Shown here: positions 25,932-38,635 of the stretch, piece after piece
Layout of the letters: the number at the start of each line of letters is the position of its first letter
Position numbering within the stretch: position 1 is the first letter of the stretch
NCBI GenBank assembly: GCA_951406725.2
Contig: OX597814.1
Location: forward strand, 150,164,001-150,228,000
DNA from: Octopus vulgaris
Taxonomy: Eukaryota
Length of the DNA: 64,000 bases
Direction of reading: 5' to 3'
Position numbers and translations under genes: made by a program
Notes under the pieces: model-generated
Databases searched by the model: none
Told to the model about the DNA's origin: nothing
What the model saw: the letters and a program-made list of their open reading frames with translations, nothing else

Positions 25932-26169
25932 CTACAACAAGACGACCAAAGTTTTTTTTATTTTTATTCCAAGGTCTGGGGTCTCCCGCCCCTAAGCCCT
26001 AGACCATCACCTAATCACCCTTACCCGTCTTGTTGCTTAACAACAACAACAACAACAATCATCGCCATCATAATCATCATCACTATTTTCCTCTTCTTCT
26101 CCTCCACCTCACCCCTTTCTGTCTTTTGTTGTCTCTCTTAATCAAATATGACATTCTTTATTCTTTTTT

Positions 26170-26568
26170 TCTTTTACTCGTTTCAGTCATTTGACTGCGG
26201 TCATGCTGGAGCACCACCTTTAGTCGAGCAAATCGACCCCGGGACTTATTCTTTGTAAGTCCAGTACTTATTCTATCGGTCCCTTTTGCCGAACCGCTAA
26301 GTGACAGGGACGTAAACACACCAGCATCGGTTGTCAAGCAATGCTAGGGAGACAAACACAGATACAAACACATACACACAAATACACATATATATATATA
26401 TATACATATATACGACAGGCTTCTTTCAGTTTCCGTCTACCAAATCCACTCACAAGGCATTGGTCGGCCCGGGGCTATAGCAGAAGACATTTGTCCAAGA
26501 TGCCACGCAGTGGGACTGAACCCGGAACCATGTGGTTGGTTAGCAAACCACACAGCCACTCCTGCGCC
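26170..26568 (-). mobile_element. SINE family A, near full length
   Basis: Matches the other A copies, with a small deletion in the head. Confidence 0.9.
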
Positions 26569-26899
26569 TATGGTAGCAAAGATAATTTTTTTTGCCCTTT
26601 CTCTATTGCTCCTTCTCTAAGATTGTAGACCAAAGATATTGACACAATTCTGATTGTAGATTCCCGCAGAACGTTTTTGTTAGATCTAATGTAGAGGATC
26701 TTGCTCCCACTTTTCCTCCTCTTTAATCCTGCTTTAATCCGGTCGACTCCGTAACGTTTACTCCTTTCGTTTAATCCATCGTTTGTGGTCAGTCGTAATC
26801 CTCTTACATGTAGTCATAATAAGGATACACGATTCATTGAGGTGTTATATGATGACATCCGAAAGCTCCTGCATTTCAGCTTACTGTAGAGCACAAATG

Positions 26900-27472
26900 A
26901 AGGCGTATGGCTCAGTGGTTAGAGCGTCGAGCTTACGATCGTGAGGTTGTGAGTTCGAATCCCGGACCGGGCTGCGTGTTGTGTTCTTAAGCAAGACACT
27001 TTATTTCACGTTGCTCCAGTCCACTCAGCTGTAGAAATAAGTTGCGACGCCACAGGTGCCAAGCTGTATCTGCTGTTGCCTTTCCCTTGGATAACACTGG
27101 CGGCGAGCTGGCAGTAACGTTAGCGCGCCGGGCGAAATGCTTAGCGGTATTTCGTCTGTCGTTACGTTCTGAGTTCAAATTCTGCCGTGGTCGACTTTGC
27201 CTTTCATCCTTTCGGGGTCGATAAATAAAGTACCAGTTTTGCACTGGAGTTGATGTAATCGACTTAATCCCTTTGTCTGTCATTGTTTGTCTCCTCTATG
27301 TTTAGCCCCTTGTGGGTAGTAAAGAAATATATAACACTGGTGGCGTAGAGAGGGGAGGACGGTATGCATGGGCGACTGCTGATCTTCCATAAACAACCTT
27401 GCCCGGACTTGTGCCTGGGAGAGTAACTTTCTAGGTGCAATCCCAAAGTCAGTCATGACCGAAGGAGGGGTC
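26900..27472 (+). mobile_element. tRNA-headed SINE family D, interrupted by a family B copy
   Basis: A box tggctcagtgg, B box gagttcgaatcc; the body resumes after 27340. Confidence 0.8.
27099..27330 (+). mobile_element. SINE family B monomer with Tx1-type tail, nested in SINE D
   Basis: Head ggcggcgagctggcag; TSD ataacact(gg) at 27091-27100 and 27331-27340. Confidence 0.9.
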
Positions 27473-27598
27473 TCAGAGCACAAGAGCACAACCTCATTCT
27501 ACGATACGGATCACATGTTCAACCCAGTTCAGCTGTGATTCCAACAGAATAAACTCAACGCTATACGTATTTTCTAGATGCTGAACCTCTTGTATATA

Positions 27599-27810
27599 TG
27601 AGTGGATGCTGAAAAGTCTCTGACTTCAAGGGTGTCGCGAAAGGCCTGGTTGGAGGCCCAACCTTCCGTGTTCCTTATAGCGCTTAGAAAGACTGAAGTG
27701 ATCGCTGCAATAAGTGTGTGGATCTAAGAGGGGAATATGTTGAATAAAATCTCAATTAGCAGATCCTCCTGTATTTTACTCAAAACCAGGAACTTTTCAG
27801 TACCCGCTCC
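27599..27810. mobile_element. Mariner-type MITE
   Basis: TA flanks; TIRs gagtggatgctgaaaagt / acttttcagtacccgctc. Confidence 0.7.
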
Positions 27811-27839
27811 TATCTACCAGCATGTATATATGTTGGTAC

Positions 27840-28266
27840 CAGGGACCGTCCGCCTAGATAAGCAAGGTAGGCAATGCCTACCTTGAATAAAATAGATCGT
27901 TAGCAATATTTTCCATTTATGGCAAAATATGGACTCATCCCAATAAAATTATGAAGGTTACTCTGATTATTATGCATTAAAATTCAAAGTATTTTATTAT
28001 CATTATTATTATTTTTCTTTTTTGTAGATTAGGTAAGCATAATTTGCCCCTGCTTTTCAATTTCAGTATTTAAGCTACGCATACTACTGCTGTAGTACAC
28101 GTGCTGCGTACACTCCTACAACACTGTTTTCTTTACGTGCTATAAAGGCAGAGATAAATCTGCCTTCATCTCAGTCGCGCGTCTGTGTTTCGCTTATTTT
28201 TTAAAATTTTATTACATATAGGTCACCAACTGCCTACTTTGAGTAATTAGTGACGGTACGTGCCTG
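27840..28266. mobile_element. hAT-like MITE
   Basis: Ends cagggaccgt / acggtacgtgcctg; imperfect 8-bp TSD gttggtac / gctagtac. Confidence 0.55.
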
Positions 28267-28270
28267 GCTA

Positions 28271-28319
<49 letters not shown>

Positions 28320-29226
28320 TAACCTTCACAACTGATATATATGCCATCCATATTAGCAAAAACTAATTCATCATTACTCATAAATATGCTTTCATCAATA
28401 ATGTAAAATTTATTGAAGTATACACTATCAGCTAATTCTATTGTATGACTGATTATTACATCACGTTCTATTCATATTTGCCAACCAATATTTATATAGT
28501 CTCTTTATTGGTTTATTAGTTTATACATCACTGACATGTCATGCAATCTGAAATGAGAAAGAGCATTCTGAAGATCACTTCAGCTGCGAAAAATAACAAC
28601 CAAAATCCAACTACACTAATTATCGGAGTAGATTTCTTACATCTCTTTGGTCTTTTAGGGGATTTAAAACAACAAAGATTAGTGGAATCTACCACAAGCT
28701 TTACAGTTACTTCGTTAATTCGTTGTAGTTCACCTGAGCAGTTGTAGTGCCCCTGAACAGTTGTAGTGCACCTGAGCACTGTATACAATAATTTCATTAT
28801 CATCATCATCATCATTATTATTATTATTATTATTATTGTTATTATTCCAAGAGATTTAATAATGATTATTAATTCTGTTTTCTTGATACCAGCGATAAAC
28901 ATTGTATTTGCTCATTGATGCTTCGAGTTTCAGCGTAGGCCCCTGTGTCTAACTTTACCCTCAACCTAAGCTGCTGAGCAAAAAATAATTAGTTGCATAT
29001 ACAGCTCAAGAGTAAAGATTGCTGGCAAACTAATGAACAGAATTTGTCGCGTCTTCATTTTCTACGTGTGTTCATTAACATTTTATCGGAAATCCAGCCG
29101 GGATGACGTTTAACCTATTCCTCGATTTTTTATTTTTTAAATATCAGTATACAAATGTCATTTGTTGCATCAAGAAATTATCAATTTCGCTGCAGAGACA
29201 CGTCAATATCATTCATAGAAAGAAAG

Positions 29227-29672
29227 CGGCGAGCTAGCAGAATCGTTAGCACGCCAAACAAAATGTATAGCGGCATTTTGACCGTCCTTACGTTCTGAGT
29301 TCAAATTCCGCTGAAGTCGACTTTGCCGTTCATCCTTCCGGGGTCGATAAAATAAGTACCAGTCACGCAGTGGGGTCGATGTAATCGGCTGACGCCCTCC
29401 TTCAAAATTCTGTGTCGTGTGCCTATAGTAGAAAGGAATATTATTCATAGAAAGAAAGCAGTGAGCTGGCAGAATCGTTAGCACGTCGGGCGAAAATGCT
29501 TAGCGGGATTTCGTACATATTAACGTCCTGAGATCAAATTTCTCCGAGGTCGACTTTGCCTTTCATCCTTTCGGGGACGATAAAATAAGTGCCAGATAAG
29601 CACTGCGGTCGATGTAATCGGCCTATCCCCACCCCGAATTTGCTGGCTTTATGCCAAAATTTGAAGCCAATA
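29227..29672 (+). mobile_element. Two tandem SINE family B copies with the ancestral (non-Tx1) tail
   Basis: Heads at ~29227 and ~29458, each preceded by attcatagaaagaaagc. Tails read ccctcc...aaatt...gtgcc. Confidence 0.85.
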
Positions 29673-30847
29673 TTATATATATACAAAGATTTTGGCGGAT
29701 CTCACGAAAATGAAAATATTCAAGAAGGAAAAGAAATTGTTTACAAGGTGTACTATTCAACCAATTTTTATTAGGTCTGTTTTGGGAGTGTGGTATCATG
29801 TTCGTGTTGCGGTGTTGATTGAGAAACAAAGTATCTAGTTGTCTATTTTTGTTGTATGGTCGGAATGTCCTCTTTGGGACTAGTTTTTTCATTTGGTATT
29901 ATTTTGTAGTGCAAATACGTACAAGATTTAGGCACTGGAAGACATACACCAGATACATCAGAGACACACCAAAGCACACACATGCTCACACACGTGTAAC
30001 AGACTTGCATTAAGAAAAGCGGGTGTTTGTTTTCTATTTATGCAACAAACGCTATTATATTTATGTACCGTATGCAATTTCAAGCTTTATGAAAAATTTC
30101 TTTTATACCTGATGCAATTTCATATTTTATGAAAAATTTATTTTATTATACAAGAATCTCTGTCTCTATTTCTCTTCTACTCTCTCAGTATATGTATACA
30201 TAATGATATTCTAACATACCCGTGTCATCATAATTGATGGCAGCTTATTTTATTACTGAGAGAAAATGGCGCAATCATTGAAAAGAGAAAAAACGGAAGA
30301 AACGGTTGATAAATTACTTAGTCTTTGCACTTTTTATTTAACAGAATAATATTACAATAAGTTGCAGATATAATGCTGCTTTTACATCCACGATAATTAG
30401 GTGGAAGTACAATATGATAGCCATGTGATTTTGTTTCCTCATAACTTTCTGAGAAATGCATGTATTTTAAAGACATTTCACAGAAATGACATTTTGAGTT
30501 CGAGGGCGTAAAATCCGATCATTTTGATAAAAATTCTATCATTTCCTGTCAGCCCGATTTTGCTTCCTTATAACTCTGTTTTAAAATGCATATTTTTGTG
30601 CGTCGTGAAGCAGAAATAAGCTTTCAAAAATATTAAGTGTATATTGTTAATGCTTCAAATTAAGAAATCTGAAAAATATGTGAAAATACTAAACTTACGG
30701 ATATTGGTGATAACAAAATTAAGGTGGATGGGTAGATGGATGAAGAATGACCCATACTACCTAAAAAGATTTCTGTACATTTTATCAACACAGTAGTAAA
30801 CTACATCCTTGGAATTGTGTCACAGCAAAACTCCATTATAAAATGTG

Positions 30848-31245
30848 AATTTCGTGGGAGGGAATAAGTCGATTGCATCGACCCCACGACTCAACTGGTT
30901 CTTATTTTATCGACACCGAAGAAAAAAAAGAGCAAACTCGTCGTCGGCAGAAAGTAAAGACGGACGAAATACCGTTAAGCAGTTTACCTGGCGTGATAAC
31001 GACTCTGCCACCTCGTCGCCTTATTATGAGAGATTAATATTAGTTTTAAATGTTGGCACAAGGCCAGCAATTTTTGAGAGAGGGGTAAGTCGATTATATC
31101 GACCAGAGTGCTCAGCTAGTACTTATTTTATTGACTCTGAAAGGAAGAAAGCCCAAATCGAAGTCAGCGGTATTTGATCTCAGAACGTAAAGATGGACGA
31201 AATTATTTTTCCCGACGTGTTAAACAGTTCTGTTAGTTCTCCGCT
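30848..31245 (-). mobile_element. Two degenerate tandem SINE family B copies
   Basis: aagtcgatt...atcgacc...acttattttat repeated, with heads near 31020 and 31245. Confidence 0.7.
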
Positions 31246-31359
31246 TTATGAGAATATAATATTGGGACGCATTAAACCGTAGTTTCTCTTTTACTTTCCG
31301 TACATACATACATACATACATACATACATACATACATACATACATACATACATACTATA

Positions 31360-31772
31360 GGCGTAGGAGTGGCTGTGTGGTAAGTAGCTTGCTTACGAGC
31401 CACATGGTTCCGGGTTCAGTCCCACTGCGTGACACCTTGGGCAAGTGCCTTCTACTATAGTCTCGGGCCGACCAAAGCCTTGTGAGTGGATTTGGTAGAC
31501 GGAAACTGAAAGAAGCCCGTCGTATATGTATGTATATGTATTTATGTGTGTGTGTGTATGTTTATGTGCCTGTGTTTGCCCCCCTCCCCAACATCGCTTG
31601 ACAACCGATGCTGGTGTGTTGACGCCCCGTAACTTAGCGGATCGGTAAAAGAGACCGATAGAATAAGTACTAGGCTTACAAAGAATAAGTCCTGGGGTCG
31701 ATTTGCTCGACTAAAGGCGGTGCTCCAGCATGGCCATAGTCAAATGACTGAAACAAGTAAAAGAGTAAAGAG
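31360..31772 (+). mobile_element. SINE family A, full length, young
   Basis: ggcgtaggagtggctgtgtgg...gactgaaacaagtaaaagagtaaagag, inserted in a (CATA)n tract. Confidence 0.9.
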
Positions 31773-32261
31773 TATACATACATACATATATATGTACAAT
31801 CAGACATATGTGTGTATATGTGTGTGTAACGAATGAATTTGAATGTAAATCTATTTTCTTTATTCTATGTAAAAGCAATTTTTTTGTTATAAAAACGGCT
31901 TCTGATTTTTATTAATAATTGATTTTTGTATGTAAAATTCAGCCAGGAAAGCAAAAGTTACAGCTGCTGTGTGTATGTATTATTATGTGAGCTCGTGTGA
32001 GTGCACCTGTGCATATACTTGTGTACGTTTGAGAACATTCACCATTTAACATGAATATGTAGTGTTTTATTCTTAGTTATCTTCTTTTTGCGAAAAATTT
32101 GCGACAAAAATTTGCAATTTTATTTTGTTCAACTTAGCAGTTACTCCAGCCATTGTAATTTTAATTTTTTTCCGTTTCCCTCACCAACGTTTAACGTCTC
32201 CAACTGCCACTTTCTCCCACACATTTTATTATTTCAGTCTCACTCTACTAGCGTGACAGTC

Positions 32262-32307
32262 GAGGCGCAATGGCCCAGTGGTTAGGACAGCGGACTGGCG
32301 GTCATAG
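32262..32307 (+). mobile_element. SINE family C head cut off by the assembly gap
   Basis: gaggcgcaatggcccagtggttaggacagcggac matches the head at 38351. Confidence 0.7.
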
Positions 32308-32407
32308 NNNNNNNNNNNNNNNNNNNNNNNNNNNNNNNNNNNNNNNNNNNNNNNNNNNNNNNNNNNNNNNNNNNNNNNNNNNNNNNNNNNNNNNNNNNNN
32401 NNNNNNN
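32308..32407. other. Assembly gap (100 N)
   Basis: Run of n characters. Confidence 1.
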
Positions 32408-32598
32408 CATTGGAAGCAGAAATAGCTGTTAGATGGGATGCAGTCTATTTGTATTGAATTAATAAATAATAATTGATGTAAGTCAATTATTATTCATCAA
32501 TATTTCTCCATTTTCTGTTTTCTGTTATAAATATATAGGCATATTTGTATGTATGTATATAATGGACTCTCCCGTCGAAGATGACGTATGAGTGTTCA

Positions 32599-32632
<34 letters not shown>

Positions 32633-32702
32633 GCAAAATACATACATATATATGTATATATCCATATATATATGTACATATACATAGATACATACATATA
32701 TG

Positions 32703-32752
<50 letters not shown>

Positions 32753-33495
32753 CATAAGGTGAGATTATCTCAAGAATCAAGAATTCTCCTGCCACTGGTC
32801 ACTTGGAGTTTCTTTGCTCTCAGCTCATATATGTTTAAATTATGCAGGTTACTTCGGCTATAAAAAGTTTTACTCCTAACCATCATTTTTGGTAAGTCCT
32901 TTGGCTACTGAAGATAAGACCGAACCATTTTCATGCTGCTGTCTGCTATTGAGCAGAAACATATGTCCACAACTATCGTCTTATCCCCAGACAATAAGCC
33001 TGTCCCTTTTAAAGGCATGTCAGTTTTGGAGAAATTCTTGATATTTGAGATTATCTCACTTTTCAAGTGGAGCTGGTCTTTATTGCATTTGGCAGGAATA
33101 ATTTTAATAATTCAAAAGTCCACTTTGTAATGTAAGTCTCTAAATGATCGCACGACTCGCTATAAATAGAAGTCAAATCTCCTTTAATTCAAATGCTACC
33201 GTCTTAGCAAAGGATACTTTGGAAGGTGTTGATCTTGACACACCACACTTAATATATACTCGGAATGGTCATTACTAGAGCGCCTTTGATTATAAGTTTA
33301 CTTGAACAAAACTTTCTCTCTCTCTGCCTCCCCCCTCCCCCCTCTCCCCCCTCTCTCTCTTGGTGAGACGGTATCAATTCTTGGTTTTAAATCCTTTTAC
33401 TTCAATTTACAACTTAAGAATAAACATTTTTTGTTTCGTCTCCACTAAAAATCATTTTGCAAGATTCTTGATATGAATTCGTGTGTTGAAAGAAA

Positions 33496-33978
33496 TACTA
33501 TTGAACCTTGGGAGGGGCATTATGCCGATAATAATAAACACACGCACTGGTTCGGGCCTTTATTGTTATTGTTAGTTAATGGGTTAATTACTCCGTTAAC
33601 CAATTTATCAATTAGTCGTTTTTGTTTTACAAGCTTTTCAAACTCATATGTTAAACACTTCGGTCAAACAGTTCCAGTTTTTACAATCACCATCCATGAA
33701 GTGATTGCAACAATGCGATGAAATGATTATTTGACAAAAAAAAAAAGAAAAAAAAAAAAAGAAATGACCAGACTAACAATATTGAACATTTGAACGCTTA
33801 ACTGTTTGACCAAAGTGTTTAACATATGAGTTTGAAAAACTAGTAAAAAACAAACGGCTAATCGATAAATAGGTTAACGGAGAAGCTAACCCATTAACTA
33901 ACAATAACAATGAAGAACCGGACCAGTGCGTATGTTTATTATGACCGGCATAATGCCCCGCCCAAGGTTCCAATAGTA
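33496..33978. mobile_element. Palindromic MITE with ~178-bp TIRs, superfamily unknown
   Basis: 33496-33673 is the reverse complement of 33800-33978 (tactattgaaccttggg... / ...cccaaggttccaatagta). Confidence 0.8.
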
Positions 33979-34354
33979 AAAATCATTTATTTTATGTATT
34001 TGTAATAATCGTTATTCATAGCTAACATATGATATAAACGATACAAACGATACAAACAAGTTTACAAGCAGTTCGTAAAATTCCTGGTATACGTTTAGTT
34101 CTAAACCTGTAATATATATCAGTCTTCGCCCCCATGTTTGGTGTATGATGCCACCATCTTTTCTAGAGAATTGGAATATGTTCCTTTTAACGACGGATTG
34201 ATCGGTTATAAATTGCAAATATAAGTTATAAAAATGTCTGATTTTTATCTTCTCTTTACCGAAAGCATTTGGTTTATTTCTCTTATTTATTAGTGTTGTT
34301 GCTGTTATCATTTACTTCGCATAATAATTAGGTTGTTAAATATTTATCATATAA

Positions 34355-35139
34355 TTAGCAGTATCGCCCGGCGTTGCTCGGGTTTGTAAGGGAAATAACT
34401 ATATAAGCATTTTTAGAGATGTAAAGTATAATAGCCATCTCAATATGGTTAACCACAAAGGGGAGGGGGTGTTACTGTAGCTTTTTACGTTCTGAGATTT
34501 AATAATACATTTTTAGAGAGTTACTTCCCTTATATAAACCGAGCGAAAATGCATTAAAAATACGGAAAAATTATGGTAATTTTTTTAAAAAATCGTAGAC
34601 TTATCGTAGACGTGCGCTAATACCCAGAAGGGATCGATATGAATCACGACTATAAGATACCCGGTTTTGGTTAAACTGCACCGCAAAATGTGGGAGTAGT
34701 TAGGAATCTAAATCGTAGGAGACAGACACACAACTTGACTTTTATATATAATGACTAGCAGTATCGCTCGGGTTTGTAAGGGAAATGACTATATAAGCAT
34801 TTTTAGAGATGTAAAGTATAATAGCCATCTCAATATGGCTAACCACAAAGGGGGGGTGTTACTGTAGCTTTTTACGTTCTGAGATTTAATAATACATTTT
34901 CAGAGAGTTACTTCCCTTATATAATAGCAAAAAATGCATTAAAAATGGAAAAAAATGATGGTAAATTTGTTTTTAAGCCGTAGACTCATCGTAGACGCGC
35001 GCTAATACCCAGAAGGGCTCGATATGAATCACGACTATAAGATACCCGCTTTTGGTTACACTGCACCGCAAAATGTGGGAGTAGTTAGGAATCTAAATCG
35101 TAGGAGACAGACACACAACTTCACTTTTATATATAAAGA
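34355..35139 (-). mobile_element. Head-to-tail dimer of a non-autonomous Helitron (400 + 385 bp)
   Basis: On the minus strand each unit starts TC(t/a)ttatatataaaag and ends ...gatactg-CTAR. The cccgagcaacgccggg hairpin is intact in the left unit and partly deleted in the right. Junction CTAG|TC at 34755/34754; outer flanks A and T; no TSD. Confidence 0.85.
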
Positions 35140-35870
35140 TATTTCCCTTTTTTATCGTTCGAGTAAAACCATGAATAATATTCAACACCAAAACAAACAA
35201 ACAAAAATTGATAGGAGCCCACAAAAATAAATTATTTTCATGTTGTTGCTGTTGTTGTTGCTGTCATCGTCGTCGTCGTCATTGTTTAACCCCAGGGTAT
35301 TTCACATTGAGCAGATCTTTGATCAAAACCATTCCACCAGTGATCACCCCAAATTTGTTTAAGGAACGTTATAACAAAGAATATGTCAGAAATTAAAATA
35401 TTTTTTGTGGCGGATTTACATGTTTTTCTCTTACTTCCTATATACCAGCAGAGACATAGATTTCCTCAGATCTCGTTAGAACGAAGCAATAATAACTGTG
35501 ACCACGCGATTCGTGTGTACAGAGTAAAAATAGATCTTAAATAGCATAATCAATCAAGTCAAAGTTTAGACGAAAGTGTTTGTGAAAATTTACATACTTA
35601 AATTAATTAGATGTTTTGTGCTGCAGTAAGGTGTTATTGAAAATAAGCATAAATGTTTTCGTGTTTTACAAAGTCAATTGATTAATATTTTATAGGAATG
35701 TACATATGTTTCACGTGTTTGTAAAGTCAAAATGTTTACGAACAGATAATTGGCAACAGTAAAAAATAAATAAACTAACACACATTTTTAAACTGGCTGA
35801 AAATAACAATTATGGACCAATTTCTCTAGTTCAGTTTCAAGTACCTTGTGTTTTAAGATAACCGATTCTA

Positions 35871-35915
<45 letters not shown>

Positions 35916-35927
35916 TTATATATATAT

Positions 35928-36025
<98 letters not shown>

Positions 36026-36043
36026 GCATACATGCATGCATAC

Positions 36044-36103
<60 letters not shown>

Positions 36104-36106
<3 letters not shown>

Positions 36107-37414
36107 GAAAAGAATGGAGTTGAACGACGATTTAACAAAATTTCTTTATTCTCGACATATGTTTCGAAGACTGCATATTCCTAATTTCGAAGGAATAAGG
36201 GGTGCATTATGCCGCCTTCTCATCAGGAAAGACAAGGAACTTATGTCAGCATCATGATGAACAAAAACTTTTAGATGACTGCCCACACGGAGTCCATAGC
36301 GATAATGAGTGTCTCTTTAAAATATTCCGTTATAAGCAGGGACGTCAAAAATGGTTGAATGTAGAAGATTCTAGAAAGTTCAAGAGTTCAAACAAGGTTG
36401 GAAGGGGAGAGATCTAAGAATAGGAAAGTGACAGGGTGCAAGTCATATGAATGGTGATGTGTTGTTGTTTGGTTTTGCTAATGAGATTGAGTGCCTATGT
36501 GTGTGTATGTATATAACTGCATTCGTGTCTATGTGTGTGTATGTGTGTGCGTGATTGTGTGTGTGGTTGGGTAGATGCCAAAAGCAACTAGTGGTGAAGT
36601 GACAGGTTTGTGTCTGTGTGTTTGATTGTGCTTATGATAGAGAGAGGGAGAGAGAGAGAGAGAGAGGAGGAGGGAGAGGTAGAGAGACAAAGGTAAAACA
36701 TACCCCAACGAATTTGGTAGTAGTCCTTCATGAGTATAAAAATTTGTCTATGGTGGTGTTGTATAAGTGGAACCAAACTATTAAATTCAAGGAGGTTATC
36801 TATATTAATCATCATTCATATGAGTGAAAGTTGTGTTTTTGCCAGTGCATGCACCTATAGGATTTACTAAAGGGAATTTGGCGAAAAGTATATGGAAAAG
36901 TTCGGAATTACAGACGCCACAAAATTTTCTGCCCTTATCAAACGGAAAGGATACAGACAATATGGACCATTCCAGCTTGAAAGTTATATTGCTGTCCTTA
37001 AGACGCCAAACTAATTTACTTAGTCCTGTGCTTTGTTCTTTTCTCTTATCTCGGAAAGTTGAATAATGATTGGAAATCCTCTGGGGTAATTTTGAAGTAG
37101 TCGCCCCAATGTAGAAGAAGACACCGGTACCGGAAGAAATTTTACACTGGTAAATGGAATTTCTGATTTTGGAATTGCTGGACAAGAACTTTAATCTGTT
37201 AGGGTTTGCCTCCGAGACTAAGACGAAGTTTTTACTGTTATGATTGCTGTTAATATTATTGCTAGCATTGGCCACTATACCACTAGATATTTCCACACGA
37301 AAGCACGTGATCTCTACCCTTGGCATGTAGCTTCAACCGTGTTTTTCTGACGTGAATTTGCTACCCGGGTATCGGTTAACCGATTTATCCATACTAGGAC
37401 AATTCATTCAACTA

Positions 37415-37415
<1 letters not shown>
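36104..37415 (-). mobile_element. Penelope-like element 3' part (Naiad-like GIY-YIG, 3' UTR, hammerhead) between two (TA)n runs
   Basis: ORF 36805-37326 reads NSIYQC...FYIGAT...RISNHYSTF...STGLSKLVWRLK...EWSIL...FCGVCNSE...LVN; hammerhead and AATAAA lie downstream. Confidence 0.85.
36150..36230 (-). ncRNA. Minimal type I hammerhead ribozyme with intact core
   Basis: tttc-CTGATGA-gaaggcggcata...tatgcagtcttc-GAAA-catatg-TC-gaga-ataaa: palindromic stem III acatatgt and GUC cleavage triplet (cut between 36154 and 36153). Confidence 0.85.
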
Positions 37416-37463
<48 letters not shown>

Positions 37464-37467
<4 letters not shown>

Positions 37468-37740
37468 GGAGTTAAACGTAGGTGTTATTCCCTGGTGAGA
37501 AGATTACATTGTTTTACACGATTTTATTCCTCTGGAATAATACCAATGTTGTCTTCGAAACATATATCGGAAGTAAAAGAATTTGAATAACACAAAATAT
37601 TTCACATCAACCAGGAGTTTCTACCTTTACAGACAGGGTGTCACGTTCTTATTACTTGTGTGATTTTTTTGCTGCCCTGGTAACTGTTTATTTATTTCTT
37701 CCGTGTTCATTGTAAACAAGGGAAAATACACACATCTATT
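37464..37740 (+). mobile_element. PLE pseudo-LTR fragment with a mutated hammerhead (37488-37572)
   Basis: ttcc-CTGGTGA-gaaga...tcttc-GAAA-catata-TC-ggaa has two core or stem substitutions. The distal part is the reverse complement of ~50070-50155. Confidence 0.75.
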
Positions 37741-37783
<43 letters not shown>

Positions 37784-37788
37784 CTATT

Positions 37789-37839
<51 letters not shown>

Positions 37840-38241
37840 TTACTCTTTACTCTTTACTTGTTTCAGTCATTTGACTGCGGCCATGCTGGAGCACCGCTTT
37901 AGTCGAGCAAATCGACCCCGGGACTTATTCTTTGTAAGCCTAGTACTTATTCTATCGGTCTTTTTTGCCGAACCGCTAAGTGACGGGGACGTAAACACAC
38001 CAGCATCGGTTGTCAAGCAATGCTAGGGGACACAGACACACAATCACACACACACATATATATATATATATACATATATACGACAGGCTTCTTTCAGTTT
38101 CCGTCTACCAAATCCACTCACAAGGCATTAGTCGGCCCGGGGCTATAGCAGAAGACACTTGCCCAAGATGCCACGCAGTGGGACTGAACCCGCAACCATG
38201 TGGTTGGTTAGCAAGCTACTTACCACACAGCCACTCCTGCG

Positions 38242-38243
<2 letters not shown>
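37840..38243 (-). mobile_element. SINE family A, full length, in (TA)n
   Basis: Near-identical to 26170-26568. Confidence 0.9.
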
Positions 38244-38321
<78 letters not shown>

Positions 38322-38350
38322 TTTTATATTTTGTTGTGTGTGTGTGTGTG

Positions 38351-38635
38351 GAGGCGCATTGGCCTAGTGGTTAGGGCAGCGGACTCGCGGTCGTAGGATC
38401 GCGGTTTCGATTCCCAGACCGGGCGTTGTGAGTGTTTATTGAGCGAAAACACCTAAAAGCTCCGGCAGGGTGTGGTGATCCCTGCTGTACTCTTTCACCA
38501 CTCTTTCTCCCACACTTTCTTCTGTTGGCCGGCTCGCTTAGCCAGCGGAGTGGCGTCATTCGAAGGCTAAAACAATGCGAACGCATTGTGACCAGCGATG
38601 TGTAACTACATCTGATGGACTGGTCGGTCTCGTGA

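Noticed and set aside
25488-26141. 217-aa poly-His ORF and the antisense poly-Met ORF
   Set aside because: Translation of (CAT)n/(CAC)n microsatellite; no domain or splice support.
26900-26975. Possible genuine tRNA gene (also at 38351 and 53290)
   Set aside because: A and B boxes are present, but I see no complete acceptor stem and the sequence continues into SINE bodies, one with a TSD.
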